DNA from: Eledone cirrhosa
Lineage: Eukaryota
NCBI GenBank assembly: GCA_964016885.1
Contig: OZ024745.1
Span: 62,744,001 to 62,808,000, forward strand
DNA length: 64,000 nt
Reading direction: 5' to 3'
The notes under the pieces were generated by a model. The model made no database searches. It was given only the letters and a program-made list of their open reading frames with translations, and was not told the origin of the DNA. Position numbers and translations under genes: made by a program. Each line of letters opens with the position of its first letter. The stretch's first letter is position 1. Of this stretch, positions 1 through 13,900 are shown piece by piece.

Positions 1-136
1 CAACCAACATAGAGGAAAACGTGATATTTTACCACAATATCTACTTTTCACAGCTACACTAAAATGCTTTTACTGAAACACATTCTTAAAAGTTTACTTC
101 AATTTACATTCATCGTAGCGCGTAATCTTGTTAATA

Positions 137-205
<69 letters not shown>

Positions 206-1724
206 AATACTAGCTGCTAGAAGAACTATCATTAGGTTCGATAATAGTTACTGGGAAAGAAAAAACACAGAATAGCTCTGATATCACTATGAGACTAACG
301 ACTCAGCTCAAATAACAGACATGTTTGGAATATATATATATAGTACATACCTTATAAGGAATTTGATAACCTCCAGGGAGGATTTATAGAGACGATACAC
401 TACTTTTAGCTAAACTTGGAAAGATTACGTAAAAAGATTAGAACCTTCTTCAATAAACTAGGCCTAAGTGGCACTTTCGAACTCAACTTCTTGGATGTAT
501 CAATCTAAACACAGGACTAATAGAGCCCTTCCATAAAAATAACGAAAATCTAGCCTACATTAGTTATAACTCAAACTACCCTCGCTCCATAATTAACTCC
601 ACGGCACATAGCATATCACTTAGAACTTCACGCTTATCTTCTAACCTAGAGATTTTTAATGAACACGCGAACTACTACAACATAGCTTTACTTAAGGCAG
701 GCCACAAAGAGAGGCTCAAATACATACATACCAGATACAAACACCAACAACACATTTAACAAAAATAACACCACTCACACCTATAGAAATAAAAAATATA
801 GTACTAAACATAGAAATAAACAATGAGCACCAGAAATAAATGAACCGATTACTAATATAAGGACCCCTAAGAAATATAGAAAATCCAGAGATAGGAAATA
901 CTTATGGTTCAATCCAATATTTAACGAATTAATTGACCAGCACTTCCCTAAACTTCGCAAATACCATAACATCTTTAATAGAAATACTATCAAATACTAT
1001 CAAACTATCTTACAATACTGCAACCAGCATAGAATCACACATACATAAAATTAACCATAAAAGAATCTCTAATGAAATTAACCTACAAACAAGCACCATA
1101 ACATCAAATACAAAACAAACACATAACATCACAACCACACACACGTCAGAACGCATCACAACAAAACATCAACAAATCCAAATCTCAGCCCATACGTAAC
1201 GACATTCAAAACCGCATCGATGAACAGGAAAGCCTCAAAATATAACTGTCACTTACCGGATAAGTGCCCACTACAGAAAAATTGCCTGGAGTCAAATATA
1301 GTGTACCTGTGTACTATAAATTCAGGCAACTTAGCATGGCACTACATAGGTGCTACGGCGGGGAGTTAAAAAAAAGATGGTACGTCCACAGATACTCTAT
1401 AAAGAACCGTAGACTAATGATCACAACAATGCTCTCCAATAAAATCTGGCAGCTTAAAGATACAAACCAAGAATACTGGATTAGCTGGTCAAAACTGTCA
1501 GCGGCAAAGGTCTACAGAAATGAAATGTCTCACTGAGGGCTTTGCAATAATATTTTAAAATATGACAAAATGCTGCTTAACAGCAAAATTGAACGGTTAA
1601 TTTTCTGTAGGCATAAAGCAGCTACTAAATTCGCTAATTTCAAACCAACTTGATTCGATTCAACAATTCCATAATTCAAACTGTACCATCTGAGTCTATT
1701 ATAATAAAACATTATTATTATTAG

Positions 1725-1910
1725 GTGAATCGGCAGTATCTGTAGAGGGCCGTACACCATGCTTTCCAGCATAGTTACGTCCCTTTACGGTCTGAGTTAA
1801 AATCCCGTCGAGGTTAACTTTACCTTTCATCCTTACGGGGTCGATAAACTAAAGTACCAGTAATGCACTGCGTAATTACTGGCCTTGTGCCAAAATAGAA
1901 ACAATTATTA
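1725..1910 (+). mobile_element. Octopus-type SINE
   Basis: Body ttcatccttacggggtcgataaactaaagtaccag and tail ctggccttgtgccaaaatagaaacaattatt, shared with the other copies in the window. Confidence 0.85.
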
Positions 1911-2396
1911 TTAACTGTCAATAAATCAACTAATCAATGAATCAACATCATGACCTCCTAACTTTTCTCTCTTTCACTCTCTTTCCCTAAATCTATTTCA
2001 CCTCTTACATTATATCCTATCGTATTCTCTTCACTTCTAACGTAACTTTAAATTTATTAATTTATTAATTTAACCAATACATATATTTCATATTTTCATG
2101 TTTATACCATCACATCTTTATATTTTAACTACCACCACCACAACTATTTTCAACAATCATATTATGTTCACTTTTCTTCCCACACATAAAAAAACAATTT
2201 TTATTTAATTTTTATCATCTTCATTATAACTTATTTATTATTATTATTATCTATTTTGTTTTTTCTCTTTTCTTTTTTCTTCTTTCTTTTTCTCTCTCTC
2301 TTTTTCTGTTTGTCTTTTTCTTTCTTTATTACTGATGTTGCAATTTGAATTTTCCTAGTATATTACAAACGCCGTGTATAATTTTAATCAGTTTTT

Positions 2397-2494
2397 CTGA
2401 TGATTTGGTTAAGCATACAATGTATTTAAAATTGATTGACACAACTTCAAGTGACTATCAATTCTTAGACAACTTAATCAATGAAACAATTGTT
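2397..2494 (+). ncRNA. Type I hammerhead-like motif with long stem II insert
   Basis: CTGATGA-ttggttaag...cttaatcaa-t-GAAAC-AATT-GTT. The homolog at ~10125-10145 reads GAAAC-AATT-GTC. Stem I is not clearly seen. Confidence 0.5.
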
Positions 2495-2703
2495 AATATT
2501 GTAAATAAAACCCTTTTTGTACTGTTGACCATGTTATTCTTCACTCTCTCATTATTATTACTCCAAGATTAATCTGCATAGGAATTCCCGAGAACTCACA
2601 AACTCGGTAGCTAAGAAAACTCTTGTTGAGTCAAACAACGCCGTTCGCTAAAACTATCCACAATACGGAGTATTCACAAACTCTAACGATAATGTGTTAT
2701 CCC

Positions 2704-2760
<57 letters not shown>

Positions 2761-2889
2761 CGTGTGTGTGTGTATATATATATATATCAGCCGATATAGC
2801 AGTACCGATAAAGAGTGCGGAAAATACATTTTGATATTCCACTCTTAAAAAAAATTCTGTGTGATGAAAGCAATCTATATTATACATAC

Positions 2890-3238
2890 TATTAAAATAA
2901 GAGACAATTGCCCAATTTTCAAAGAAGTGTTTATTGACGAATTCGTATGCAAATTATCATGAGGTTGTAAAGTGATAAAACTCTTCATAACCGTCGGTAT
3001 ATAAACATTCAACAATGCATAGAAGCATGACGTAAGGCTGGGAATAAAACATTTGTGGCCTTGGATGTATTATGCACATAGGAATATCAGTAGCACACGC
3101 CTTTTCGCATCAGCAAGCTTTGTAGAGATGTGTCTGTCTCTTAAGCATACACAGATTTTATAGAGATGTTCCTCTATGATATGAGAAGCTCTAATGTAAA
3201 ATCCATCAATTTCTTAATAGAGAATTGTGTCTTATCAG
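2890..3238 (-). pseudogene. Degenerate exon-like segment of putative multi-CTLD gene
   Basis: Minus translation ..IFLCA*YIQGHKCFIPSLTSCFY.. resembles a CTLD end and start. GTATGT donor-like site near 2889. Contains a stop. Confidence 0.3.
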
Positions 3239-3499
3239 CTGTCTTTCATGTATATGTCATCATTTAACATACACAAAATATTAAACACATAAAAATATAT
3301 ATACATATAAATACATACGCACATACGCAAACTCACATGCGCAAACATATATTTAAACATAACTAAACATTGGGAAACTCTACTCGGAAACGGCCAGCAG
3401 ATACAGCGTTGCAAATTTCGAACGATAACAATTCATCTAGAGCCGAGTATGAAGCTGTACTATCACACTTCGAAACTGCAAAGATACTTACCATCTATC

Positions 3500-4030
3500 C
3501 TATTTCGAGATGTTCATTTAAGCCAGTAGTTGTAGCAGACCGATGAGGACAGTGGTGGGAGCAAGCAGGAAACTGTGCGGTCGCCTCACAACATACAATA
3601 ACACACACAAAGAGACGGCGAGGAGTAAAAGCCTATCTGTCATTGTGATTGGGACGTTGTGATATTCACAATTCTTGTACAACAAAGAAAGAACTCATAG
3701 AACCACGAAACGGGAAAAGATTAATAATGTATTATTGGATGGTTAATTAGAGTGGCAAAATGAAAATACAACATAAACAGCTGCCGACGCTGTATCTAGA
3801 TCAACATCATGAGCAGTATCAACATTTGACAGTGGTCTCATCATCAGCAGGTATATTATCAACAACAACAGTACTCATCTAAATTATTGCCGAAATTCCA
3901 GATGGAAATGACGTCAAATTAGACATCTGGTGTGACCCTTCACCGCATTAATGCAACAACACATAGAAATATAGAAATCCGCCTGCTTACTCATTCTTCA
4001 GCATATGATTTTTGTCCTTCCCAATTACAC
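3500..4030 (+). mobile_element. Highly decayed mariner-like transposase remnant
   Basis: LHRINATTH at ~3938 resembles LHHDNA.PH. A YS..DF..FP-like stretch at ~3988-4023 resembles YSPDLAPSDF.LFP. Confidence 0.35.
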
Positions 4031-5125
4031 ACAAAGGTGACTATGTGTGATGTTTAGGACATGGGTAATTACTACATTGAATATTAATGTCATTCTATGA
4101 CAAGAAAAGACAATGTTCGACAGGATATATACCGTGAGAAAACAAATGAATCTGCAAATAGGACAAGAGCGTAACCACCACTGACTGGAGCTTTTAAAAC
4201 GACGGCAACATATAAAATACGCTCATAGTAAAACAAATAATAGGAGAGTAAACAAAAGAATAGGCAAGAAAAAAACTATAAAACACCAACAAAAACAATT
4301 CTGTATGTTCTTCTAAATGCTTCAAATCTCAGCAAAATAAATAGATGTAGTTGTCTTATAAAATGGCAATGAACCAGGCAACAGCACACACAAGTCTAGT
4401 GAGATATTCCCTAGATGTAAACAAATAAATGCTGTTGAACGAGAATATTTCAAAATGAAAGTCGCCTATACAATTCTACGGGGAATTTTCAAAGGACACC
4501 ACAAGCTGGATTTCGGAGTTATTTGAAATTTAGCGTAATTGAAATCTTCCAATTCAACACGTTGAATTAAAGCAGAGTGTATTGAAATATTTGAAAACCA
4601 GTGTGGCATTATCTACAATATGAATATGCTAAATATATTATAATACTTGCTCAATCCATTTACATACTGAATATATAAAACAACATAGAGATTTGATATT
4701 TTCATTTACTTATTATTGACGAAATAATTGCTTTAAATATTACGATGACTGTTATGAATTAATATCATTTTTTTTTTTATGTATTACACATTATAATATA
4801 TGAATATTACCTCTCAATATAGAACCCAAATACACGTCAACAATTCTTTTCTCATGCTTCTAGTACATATATGCAGACACAATGAATCAATATTTAAAGG
4901 AAGTTCTATTGTTTTAAGAATATAGCTGAAATAAAATCATTCCCCATCAAATGTAAAGCAATTCTTTGTAATTCCCAATAATTCTGTGAAGGCGCTTGAT
5001 GCACGGATTTAATTGTATGCTGCTAAATGTAATGAGCACAAAGAAAAGAGGAAAATACTTTAAAATCCAGAACCATTATTTAAAATTATTCACCAAAGAG
5101 ACACAGTTGTTAACACTCATTTTAC

Positions 5126-5199
5126 CTGACTTTTCGTAGCTTGGCAGACAGTATCACTTAGACGTTCGACAAATTTCAAAGGATAATTCAGCTTCACAG
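5126..5199 (-). pseudogene. Exon-like segment of putative multi-CTLD gene
   Basis: Strong acceptor ttctctcttttacgctcag and donor CAG|gtaaaa. One frame reads CEAELSFEIC (CTLD-end-like) followed by TGA. Confidence 0.45.
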
Positions 5200-5754
5200 C
5201 TGAGCGTAAAAGAGAGAATTATAACAGGGACATCATATGCATAATTGCCATTATTCAAAATACAAGGAATATACAACTTATAATAAAATAGTTTAATATT
5301 TATTAATATTATGAGTATGTGTAGTAGATTGACACAATCACTAGATTGTCGGAGAAAAGGGTTTGTTGTATTTTTTCAGGCACTTCACGTTCCAAGATCA
5401 AATCTCATCAACAGAGAACAGCCTTTCACCCTTACGGGATCGTATCATTTAAGTCTATTTTTCAAAGCAATCTACGAGTTCTCACTCCCCAATAATGGTA
5501 ATCAATAACTGGAACACGAATCTATATTAAAATCGGTAGAAGGATGCTTTATATTGTGCGGTTAAAATGTACTGAGGTAAACGTCGGCTTTCCTTTTATA
5601 CGAAAACAATGAAATATAACCATTCGAATACTGAGATATTTCATCTAAATGAAAATGTCCCGCCTCAAAGTTCGTGATCTTCTGCATTTGTTACAAATAC
5701 TATTTTTCTTTATTTATTAGATGGGATATAATAGGCTAAAATGAGCCTACAATA

Positions 5755-5776
5755 TAGTAGTGGTAGTAGTAGTAGC

Positions 5777-5844
<68 letters not shown>

Positions 5845-5975
5845 CAGGAGCAGCAGCAGGAGCAGCAGCAACAGCAGCAGCAGTAGTAGTACTAGTAGTA
5901 GTGGTAGTAGTTATTGTTGTTGTAATAGTAGCAGTAATATCAGCAGTAGGATTAGTAGTAGTAGTATTAGTAATA
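5755..5975. repeat. (AGT)n/(AGC)n compound microsatellite
   Basis: Seen directly. Explains the poly-Ser and poly-Val ORFs. Confidence 0.95.
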
Positions 5976-6813
5976 GTTTATCCTTATATCGTTATATTTC
6001 TTTTAAGTCATATAACATTCTATATAAGGACAAATGAAACTGTAATTCATTAAATGCTAATTTATTTAAATTGAAATATTTACACTAATTTTATTTTAAT
6101 GTGTGATTATAATTAATCACATTAGCTTCGTATTATAATCATGCCCTTCAAGCAAAATGGCGCACAATGGTGCATCTTGATTTTTGCTGTATTTTCAATG
6201 TATAATCATGTACTACGTGGATTTCAGAATGATACTCTCATCAGGATCTAACAATCAGTGACAGCTGTAATCGTCATAATTAGCAGAACCGAGTTTCCAT
6301 TATCACAACAATAATTATCAAGTATATATTAAAGAATATAATATTTTATTTTCCTTTAAACAGAACTATCTAAAAGTGTGTATTATACTGGAACAAGTTT
6401 GTGACCTAAATAAATTTATCGAATAATATATGCAGTTGACATACATGTATATCAATATCTTTTAGATTATTGAAAGAATGCAAAAAGTATAATTATGGAC
6501 TTGTGGCTTTAGGCACTGTTTCTATATATTCTGAGTTCTGCAAATACATAATTTGTTACGAAGGGTACTTTAAACAATTCTGCTTAATTATGATATAAGC
6601 AGGAAGAATATTAACTGTTTAGTCAAATCATTCTATGAGGTCTTCAAATAGCTATCGCTAAACCTAATGCATCAGCAAAAATAAAAACCTTTATGGTAAA
6701 CAGAATTATAAATAGCTACAAATGTTTGCGTACACATTACCAACATTTTCAAGAGAAAGATACATTGTATATTAATAAGACACTGTCCAATATGAGAATA
6801 GGTTAGAAATGAC

Positions 6814-6985
6814 CTGAATGGCATTTGTAATAGAGAAGAAGGCCAATAGGGGGGTAACAAAACGTTGCATTCATGATGCACTCTCTGCGACAATGCATCG
6901 GATAACTTTGAGGGAAACAAACTATACCGGGAAAAATAAAGATGGAAAATCCATACGTTAGCACACATGTTATGTAATCCCCAGT
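6814..6985 (-). pseudogene. Exon-like segment resembling a CTLD N-terminal half
   Basis: CVLTYGF..VCF..SY..RRECIMNATF. The pyrimidine tract ends in TGG instead of AG. Confidence 0.35.
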
Positions 6986-7109
6986 AAGGATGAATAATAA
7001 TAATGATGATAACGTTGCAGGATTCACTCTTGTACGTTCAATGATTTCCACATATTGAAAACGACCAGAGAAACAAAACGTGTACGCATATGTAACCATA
7101 GCTACTGAT

Positions 7110-7164
<55 letters not shown>

Positions 7165-7218
7165 CACTCTTTTCTCCTGGACATTTCCGACGGAACCGTA
7201 TTACTTTATTTATATATA

Positions 7219-7640
<422 letters not shown>

Positions 7641-7939
7641 TATATATTTATATATATTTATATATATATATATATAAATAGTGCAGGTAGGGAGGTAAAA
7701 TAGTGGTGTTGGTGCCAAATCAAGCACTCTTTGCACAGACAGAGTGTATGTAATAGAAACAACGATGAATTTCGTATATATATGGAAAATATGAATTGCA
7801 TATCGACCTGTTAAGCTCGTTTGGCAGAGGAATGACTGAAGTATCAATCTGCTCCTCAGACTAGTGATGCGATATATTTTTGATATGTAAACGAAACTTA
7901 CGTTTTCTTTCTAATATATATATATATATATATGTATAT

Positions 7940-8915
7940 GTCGTTTCTGAATTTGTAAATTTCCGTTTGGTTGGTTGGTTCCACAACCAGATGAGTGTTT
8001 ATATATTGTCAAAGTTCTTTCGTCACACATTCTGTGACCTCTTCAGTGACTGGGAATTGTTTTCTTTATTTTTGTGCCTCTCCTTTGTTCTGTCCTACGC
8101 CATCTTGTTTTTTGTGTGTGTTGTGTGCTTAATTTGCGCACGTGTTACATCCGGGTGTCTGTGTGTTTATATTTGTTTATTTATTTGTTTATTTACATGT
8201 TACTGGTTGGTTGTTTTTTCTATGTGCGTGTGTGTTTTCATTTTGTCCTTAATTGTAAGTTGTGATGTTGCTGTTCCATTCTTGTTTTCTATTTAATTTT
8301 GGTTGGAGTTCATTTATGTTTATTGCCTCTGTGATTTGTCTAAACATTGCGTCTTTTCTGTGTGTAGAATCTATTTTTATTTCTATGTTCTCTAATGTAC
8401 CCTTATGTTCTATTTTAGCATGTTGGTAGAGTACAGATGATTCTTTACTATCTTGAAGGTCTCGCTAGTGTTCATTTATCCGTTCCCCTATACTACGAGC
8501 TGGCTCACCTATGTACACTATATTCTTATCTCTACATTGTCCTTCAGTACATCTCATGCTATATACTACATTTCTAGTTTTACAGTTAATATGGGGGCTT
8601 AATTTACAGATTATACATTGCTTATCTATACATGGAGGTCTTTGAAAAGGGTTTGTATTGCTAATAAGTGTTTTTATGGAGGTACCTGGTATTTCTACTA
8701 GCTTAATATTGAGTTTATGTTCATGTAGGGCCCTTCTAAATGTGTAAGCTAATTCACCTGTAGGGGTTGTATCGATGAACATTACACTCTGGTATTTATT
8801 GCTATCATACCATGAGTTTATTCTATTAACCTTATTCCTAGTTCTTTCTATTATATTCCAAAATTTGCTCCTATACAAGGGGCAGGTCCCATTTGTGTCA
8901 TTATTTACCACTTTT
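7940..8915 (-). mobile_element. PLE 3' part with GIY-YIG endonuclease (Nematis/Neptune-type), one in-frame stop
   Basis: ORF 8465-8911 has C-x4-C-xx-C, NVVY..C..C..YIGE..R..ER..EH. Past the stop it continues ..RQITEA..LNRKQEW. HHR in the 3' region. Second 3' end copy at 41640-41910. Confidence 0.85.
8008..8050 (-). ncRNA. Minimal type I hammerhead ribozyme motif
   Basis: gtca-CTGAAGA-g gtcaca gaatg tgtgac-GAAA-gaac-TT-tgac. Stems I and II are fully paired. Confidence 0.8.
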
Positions 8916-9235
8916 TTCCCATTTGGTTCTGGCTCCTCTATATACTCTGATTTTATCTCTCTGGTTGTAACCAGAGAACTGCATACGGTGGATGAAGTGT
9001 TGTATGTGTCTCTCTAGTTCTTTGGGGTTGTACATGCGGGACACGTTTCTCATCTCCCGTACCAAATCCGCAATCAGTATATTGATTTTGGTATGGTCCG
9101 AAACAGCTGAGTTTCACTGGATCAGATATTTGGAAGTCATGGGTTTGGCATAATGGGAATGGAGAATTTGTTTTTTGTTATTAGCACCGGCCGTTATTAG
9201 CATCGCCCGTTTCGGCAGCTAGATCCGAACTATTC

Positions 9236-9415
9236 GGTGGTTTGGCAGTATCGGTAGAGCGTCAGACACCATGCTTTGTACGACAGATATGGCCCTTTGC
9301 GTTCTGAGTTCAAATCCGCCGAGGTTAACTTTGCCTTTCATCCTTACGAGGTCGATAAAATAAAGTACCAGTGGTGCACTGGGGTATTCGCTGGCCTTGT
9401 GCCAAAAGTAGAAAC
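9236..9415 (+). mobile_element. Octopus-type SINE
   Basis: Head ggtggtttggcagtatcggtagag, B-box-like gagttcaaatcc, conserved body and tail. Confidence 0.9.
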
Positions 9416-9484
9416 TATATACATATATAGAGAAAGAGAGAGAAGAGAAATAATATTTCGCTTCAAACATAGCTTTATACAATA

Positions 9485-10025
9485 TGTATAGAAATTTCGT
9501 ATTTCTAAAGAAATACGGCCTTAGGAAGCCGTAGCTATGCAAACACCGGGGGGGGGGGGGGGTGCTAACGCCTTCTGTTGGTGCCCAGTAGAAGCAAGGG
9601 GGACAACCTGTCAAGCCTGAAATGCATAGACGGTTGTCCACCTTGCTTCTGCTGGACAACACCAGAGGGCATTAGCTCTAAATTTCTATACATATTGTAT
9701 GAAGTTATGCTTGATACGAAATCTTATTTCTTTTCTATTATGAGTTGAGCCAGCTTATGCAGCTTCATATGCAAATGAGATTAATCACTTCATTTAACAC
9801 AGACGAGAAAACTATATATTACCGGCTGTTTTCAAGTCCAGCAGTCGCAAGCGTTGGGAGGGATCGTCCTGACGATGGCCAATCAAGTCTGAAATGCATA
9901 GACGGTTGTCTCCCTTGCTTCTGCTGGTCACCACCAGAGGGTGTTAGCCACCCCCTCCCCCGGTGTTTGCATAGCTACGGCTTCCTAAGACCGTATTTCC
10001 TTAGAAATTCAAAATTTCTATACAC
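9485..10025. mobile_element. Cluster of PLE 3' ends in inverted orientation with HHR
   Basis: 9485-9608 is the reverse complement of ~9904-10024. A truncated direct copy starts at 9611. Confidence 0.65.
9865..9904 (+). ncRNA. Minimal type I hammerhead ribozyme motif
   Basis: cgtc-CTGACGA-t ggc caatcaa gtc t-GAAA-tgca-TA-gacg, with palindromic stem/loop III (ATGCAT). Confidence 0.8.
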
Positions 10026-10202
10026 ATGTGTATATATATATATGTATATATATATATATACATGTGTATATATATATACACTTGATATACAACTTGAAGC
10101 GATTAGCGACCTCTAGACTCACCTGATCAACGAAACAATTGTCAGTACTTAAAATAAAGCCCCTTATTGTAGAGCCAACCATGTTACTCTTCATTCTTTC
10201 AC

Positions 10203-10249
<47 letters not shown>

Positions 10250-10394
10250 TTGAAACATTGTGGAATTATGAAAATGGAAAATTGGTATGTTTAGGAAGCC
10301 ATAGAAGTGGGTTCAGAGAGATAGGGTAAAGAGCAGAAAGTGAAAAATCAGGGCTTCCTTTCCTGCTTGATGTGTATTTAAAATAAGGTTTTAT

Positions 10395-10444
<50 letters not shown>

Positions 10445-10447
<3 letters not shown>

Positions 10448-10716
10448 TATGTATGCGTACATACATATATGTATACAGACGTCCAGTAGTATGTATATAT
10501 ATATATATACATACATGCACACATATATATATGTACGTATGGATTCACCGAACATTTATTATAATGCTCGGTGTGTTTGTAAACAAACATCCCGTATGTA
10601 TATATACATACTACTGTACGTCTGTATACATATATGTATGTACGTATACATACTTATATTTAAGTAACAGCCGTACTAAGAGGGGGAAATGAAATTTGGT
10701 TTCATTTTTTCCGTTT
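10445..10716. mobile_element. Fold-back PLE end (family also at 28216-28660 and 56692-57220)
   Basis: Inverted arm 10445-10593 and direct arm plus tail 10594-10716, flanked by (TA)n. Confidence 0.6.
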
Positions 10717-10884
10717 ATATATATATATACATGTCTTCTCTCCAGGCTTCAATTCACTTATTCATTTAATATATTTGAATTATATGAATCTGTTTATTTT
10801 CTTTACCAATATTGTTCAAATTACATTGATAAATAATCGTCCAATTATTGTTCATAATATGTTCATATAATTGAAGCTTCTTCG

Positions 10885-10928
<44 letters not shown>

Positions 10929-11530
10929 GTGTGTACTTTGTATATATGAGTGAATTAGATGTTTCATTTGAACAATAAAGAAAGTATTATGTTGTTTTCA
11001 GCACAAGCATAATATAACTAAAGGTGTAAAATTGTTTCTGTTACAACTATTGCTTCCATGGTACTGATAAAATAATGTTTACTTTAGAAAAACTTAAGCA
11101 ATTTCACAAACAGATGTTCCCTTGCTTATAGTCACTTTTTTTTACATTTCAGTCATGTTCTTACATGCTAATACGTAGTCTACAAAAGATATGTTAGTTT
11201 TCAAAACCAAAGCATACGTGCACTGCATTTCATTTACCGAATTTTCGAAATAATGTCTATTTAGGCGGAATAGCTAAACAGAGTGACGGAATACCCGGTG
11301 ACTAATCAACAAATGGAAAGAAGCAAGACATTTAGCCTGATTCTACTGACAGGTAGAATTTACACAGCCAAGAAATACGGTTTGATCGATATCGAATTCC
11401 CTTCATTCAGTAACTTCAGTGAAATGAATGCACTTCTCAACGTGGTAAAATAGGAGTGTACATTGATGCGGCGAAACGCGCGCGCACACACACACACAAA
11501 CACACAGATATATATATATATAGAGAGAGA

Positions 11531-11588
<58 letters not shown>

Positions 11589-11620
11589 ATGAGAATGTCT
11601 AAGAAGAAGCAAAGTATGTG

Positions 11621-11868
11621 TTTCAGCATAAATACAAACTTTATTTGCATATTACAATTGTTTCGATATCGATCAGCTCAAGGTACAGTCTAGATGATGG
11701 GGCCCGACTCTTTTTCGACATTTCATCAGATATGCGAGTATACATTGCGCATATAAACTCGTATATCTGATGCGATGTCTAAAACATGTCGAGATTTGTT
11801 TTTGTCCCCTGAGCTGATCGATATCGAAAGAATGGTAATATACAAATATATTTGTACGTATGCTGCAA
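11621..11868. mobile_element. Fold-back/MITE-like imperfect palindrome
   Basis: tttcgatatcgatcagctca / tgagctgatcgatatcgaaa, and inner catcagatatgcgagt / actcgtatatctgatg. Confidence 0.55.
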
Positions 11869-11995
11869 CCCTGACTTCGATTCTTCTTAATTTATTTTCA
11901 CACTGCGCACTACAGCCTCATTAAAACAGGAATACAACCCAAATGAGACGGACGTCATGCTGCCTGTTACTGTAATTACACATCTAACACACACC

Positions 11996-12071
<76 letters not shown>

Positions 12072-12930
12072 AATATGTATATAAGTTTATCCCTGGTTCA
12101 ATCCGGGGTAACCACAGTAAGTCAGGTACTCAATATATAGCAGAGTATAAATATTTTATATAGAAATGACTTCTACAGGACTAGAACTGTTTCATTCGGA
12201 AGAAATCATATATATATGGAGTGCCTATGTCTGCAGAGTTAAGTCGGGAAATATCACTCATCAAAGTAGTACACGGTGCATAATTGTATACAGATTTGCT
12301 ACATGGAGGAAGAAAATATTCGATCCTGAACTCCACATGTATTCAGGAAAAAAGAAAATGAGATGTGACAGGTAGAAATGCGAAGGGGGAAGAAGAATGA
12401 TAGATTTCTAAGAAATAGATAAAAAAAAAACAAGGAGAAAATATTAGCGGGGGGGGGGGGGGGCAATGATGAACCAAAAAAATCGGAAAGATGTGATTTC
12501 TGTTCGATCATTTGAATATGTAGAAATATATCAGATTTCTCAGGTCAGATTCTTCCAGATGATGGTCAGAACTCTGACGAATGTCATAAATAATGTATAC
12601 ATGTACAGCAATGGTAGGTGGGAAGAGGGAAGGGGACAATGTAAGTGTATGTCCTAAAGAAAGATTTGGTGTTTGGATATGTATACTGAGTGAAACACAT
12701 GCACATATATTTGCGACTTTGAGCTTATACGTGTGTACATAGGTATACATATATATAGGTATAAATATATACGTCCTTCCGTTGCAATGTTTTTCGAAAT
12801 ATTTACTTCTGCGTTCATAGATTGATTTTTTTTTAGTTTCAGAAGATCCCGTTAAGGAAAGCAGCGATTCTTTGCTTAAACTTTAATCCTTTATTCTAAT
12901 AAATGTACATATATATATATATTTATATAT

Positions 12931-12968
12931 ACTAGCAGAAAACCACCCTCGGGTGGTTTTCAGCTGGC
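12931..12968 (-). mobile_element. Possible Helitron 3' terminus
   Basis: Hairpin aaaccaccc-ga-gggtggttt followed by CTAG|T on the minus strand. Confidence 0.35.
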
Positions 12969-12998
12969 ATGTGTAGTGTGTATATTGATATTATACGC

Positions 12999-13056
<58 letters not shown>

Positions 13057-13372
13057 GGTACATCAAATAAAATCGTAATTGATAATATATAATACATAGA
13101 AATTGAACGAAGACTGTGTTACACTGTCTTATTTAATCAGTAACGTAATCCATGTTACGTTAAAAAAGACGGTATTATATATAAACTGCATTAGGAGAAA
13201 ATTAGTGACAGAAAATTAATGTTTATTTAAGCGATCGACATCGGAAGTATTGACATTTTAGAAATTTTAAAGAAGTGAATCTTTAAATAAATAAAATATA
13301 TTTAATCAACAGCCACGGAATTTAGTTGATAAATTATGTAATATTCATTCATTAATAATTCAAAGTAATATT

Positions 13373-13560
13373 GGTGGATTGGCAGTATCGGTAGAGGGTC
13401 GGACGCCATGCTTCGACGCATAGCGTTACGGCTCTTGCCATTCTGAGTTCAAATCCCGACAAGGTTAACTTTGCCTTTCATCCTAACGGTGTCTATAAAA
13501 TAAAGTACCAGTAATACACTGGTTAATTGGTGGCCTTGTGCCAAAAAGTAGAAACAATTA
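13373..13560 (+). mobile_element. Octopus-type SINE
   Basis: Full head, body and tail. TSD-like attcaaagtaat / attcaaggtaat. Confidence 0.9.
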
Positions 13561-13643
13561 TTTATTCAAGGTAATCCAACTTATTTTACAAACGGGATAA
13601 AAAAAAACAAAACCGTACGCAATCCCGCAGAACTTCCTCTCTC

Positions 13644-13680
<37 letters not shown>

Positions 13681-13684
<4 letters not shown>

Positions 13685-13869
13685 AAGTAGGACCCCGACG
13701 GCTGAGCTCAAGCCGTTTCGACGGCTAATTCTGGACTGAATTAGGCTTCGAAACGGCTTGAGCTCAGCCATCTGGGTTCTACTTGTTCCCATTACCCACT
13801 CTACTACCATAAGTATTGAGTACTTTGGTGCGTTGTGGTCCATCTGCTTCCTTACCACATTTCCTTCGT

Positions 13870-13870
<1 letters not shown>
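13681..13870 (+). mobile_element. Fold-back PLE end, long-stem-III HHR family (also 21900-21968, 22312-22501, 24447-24551, 26548-26640)
   Basis: Palindrome 13681-13787 plus tail. Carries the HHR 3' half GAAAC-GGC-ttgagctca-GCC-GTC. Flanked by (TA)n. Confidence 0.65.

Positions 13871-13899
<29 letters not shown>

Positions 13900-13900
<1 letters not shown>

Larger units (their letters stand above)
205..2700 (+). mobile_element. Decayed Penelope-like element, Naiad-type (RT C-terminal half, linker, GIY-YIG, 3' region), interrupted by a SINE
   Basis: Frameshifted translation gives DITM.., YRDD (~380-400), NFLDV, YISYNSNYP, WFNP, IKLSY, YNC..CPLQKNC, YIGAT, *GLC and CRH. These match the Naiad-type ORF at 18381-19367. 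(TA)n on both sides. Ends approximate. Confidence 0.85.
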
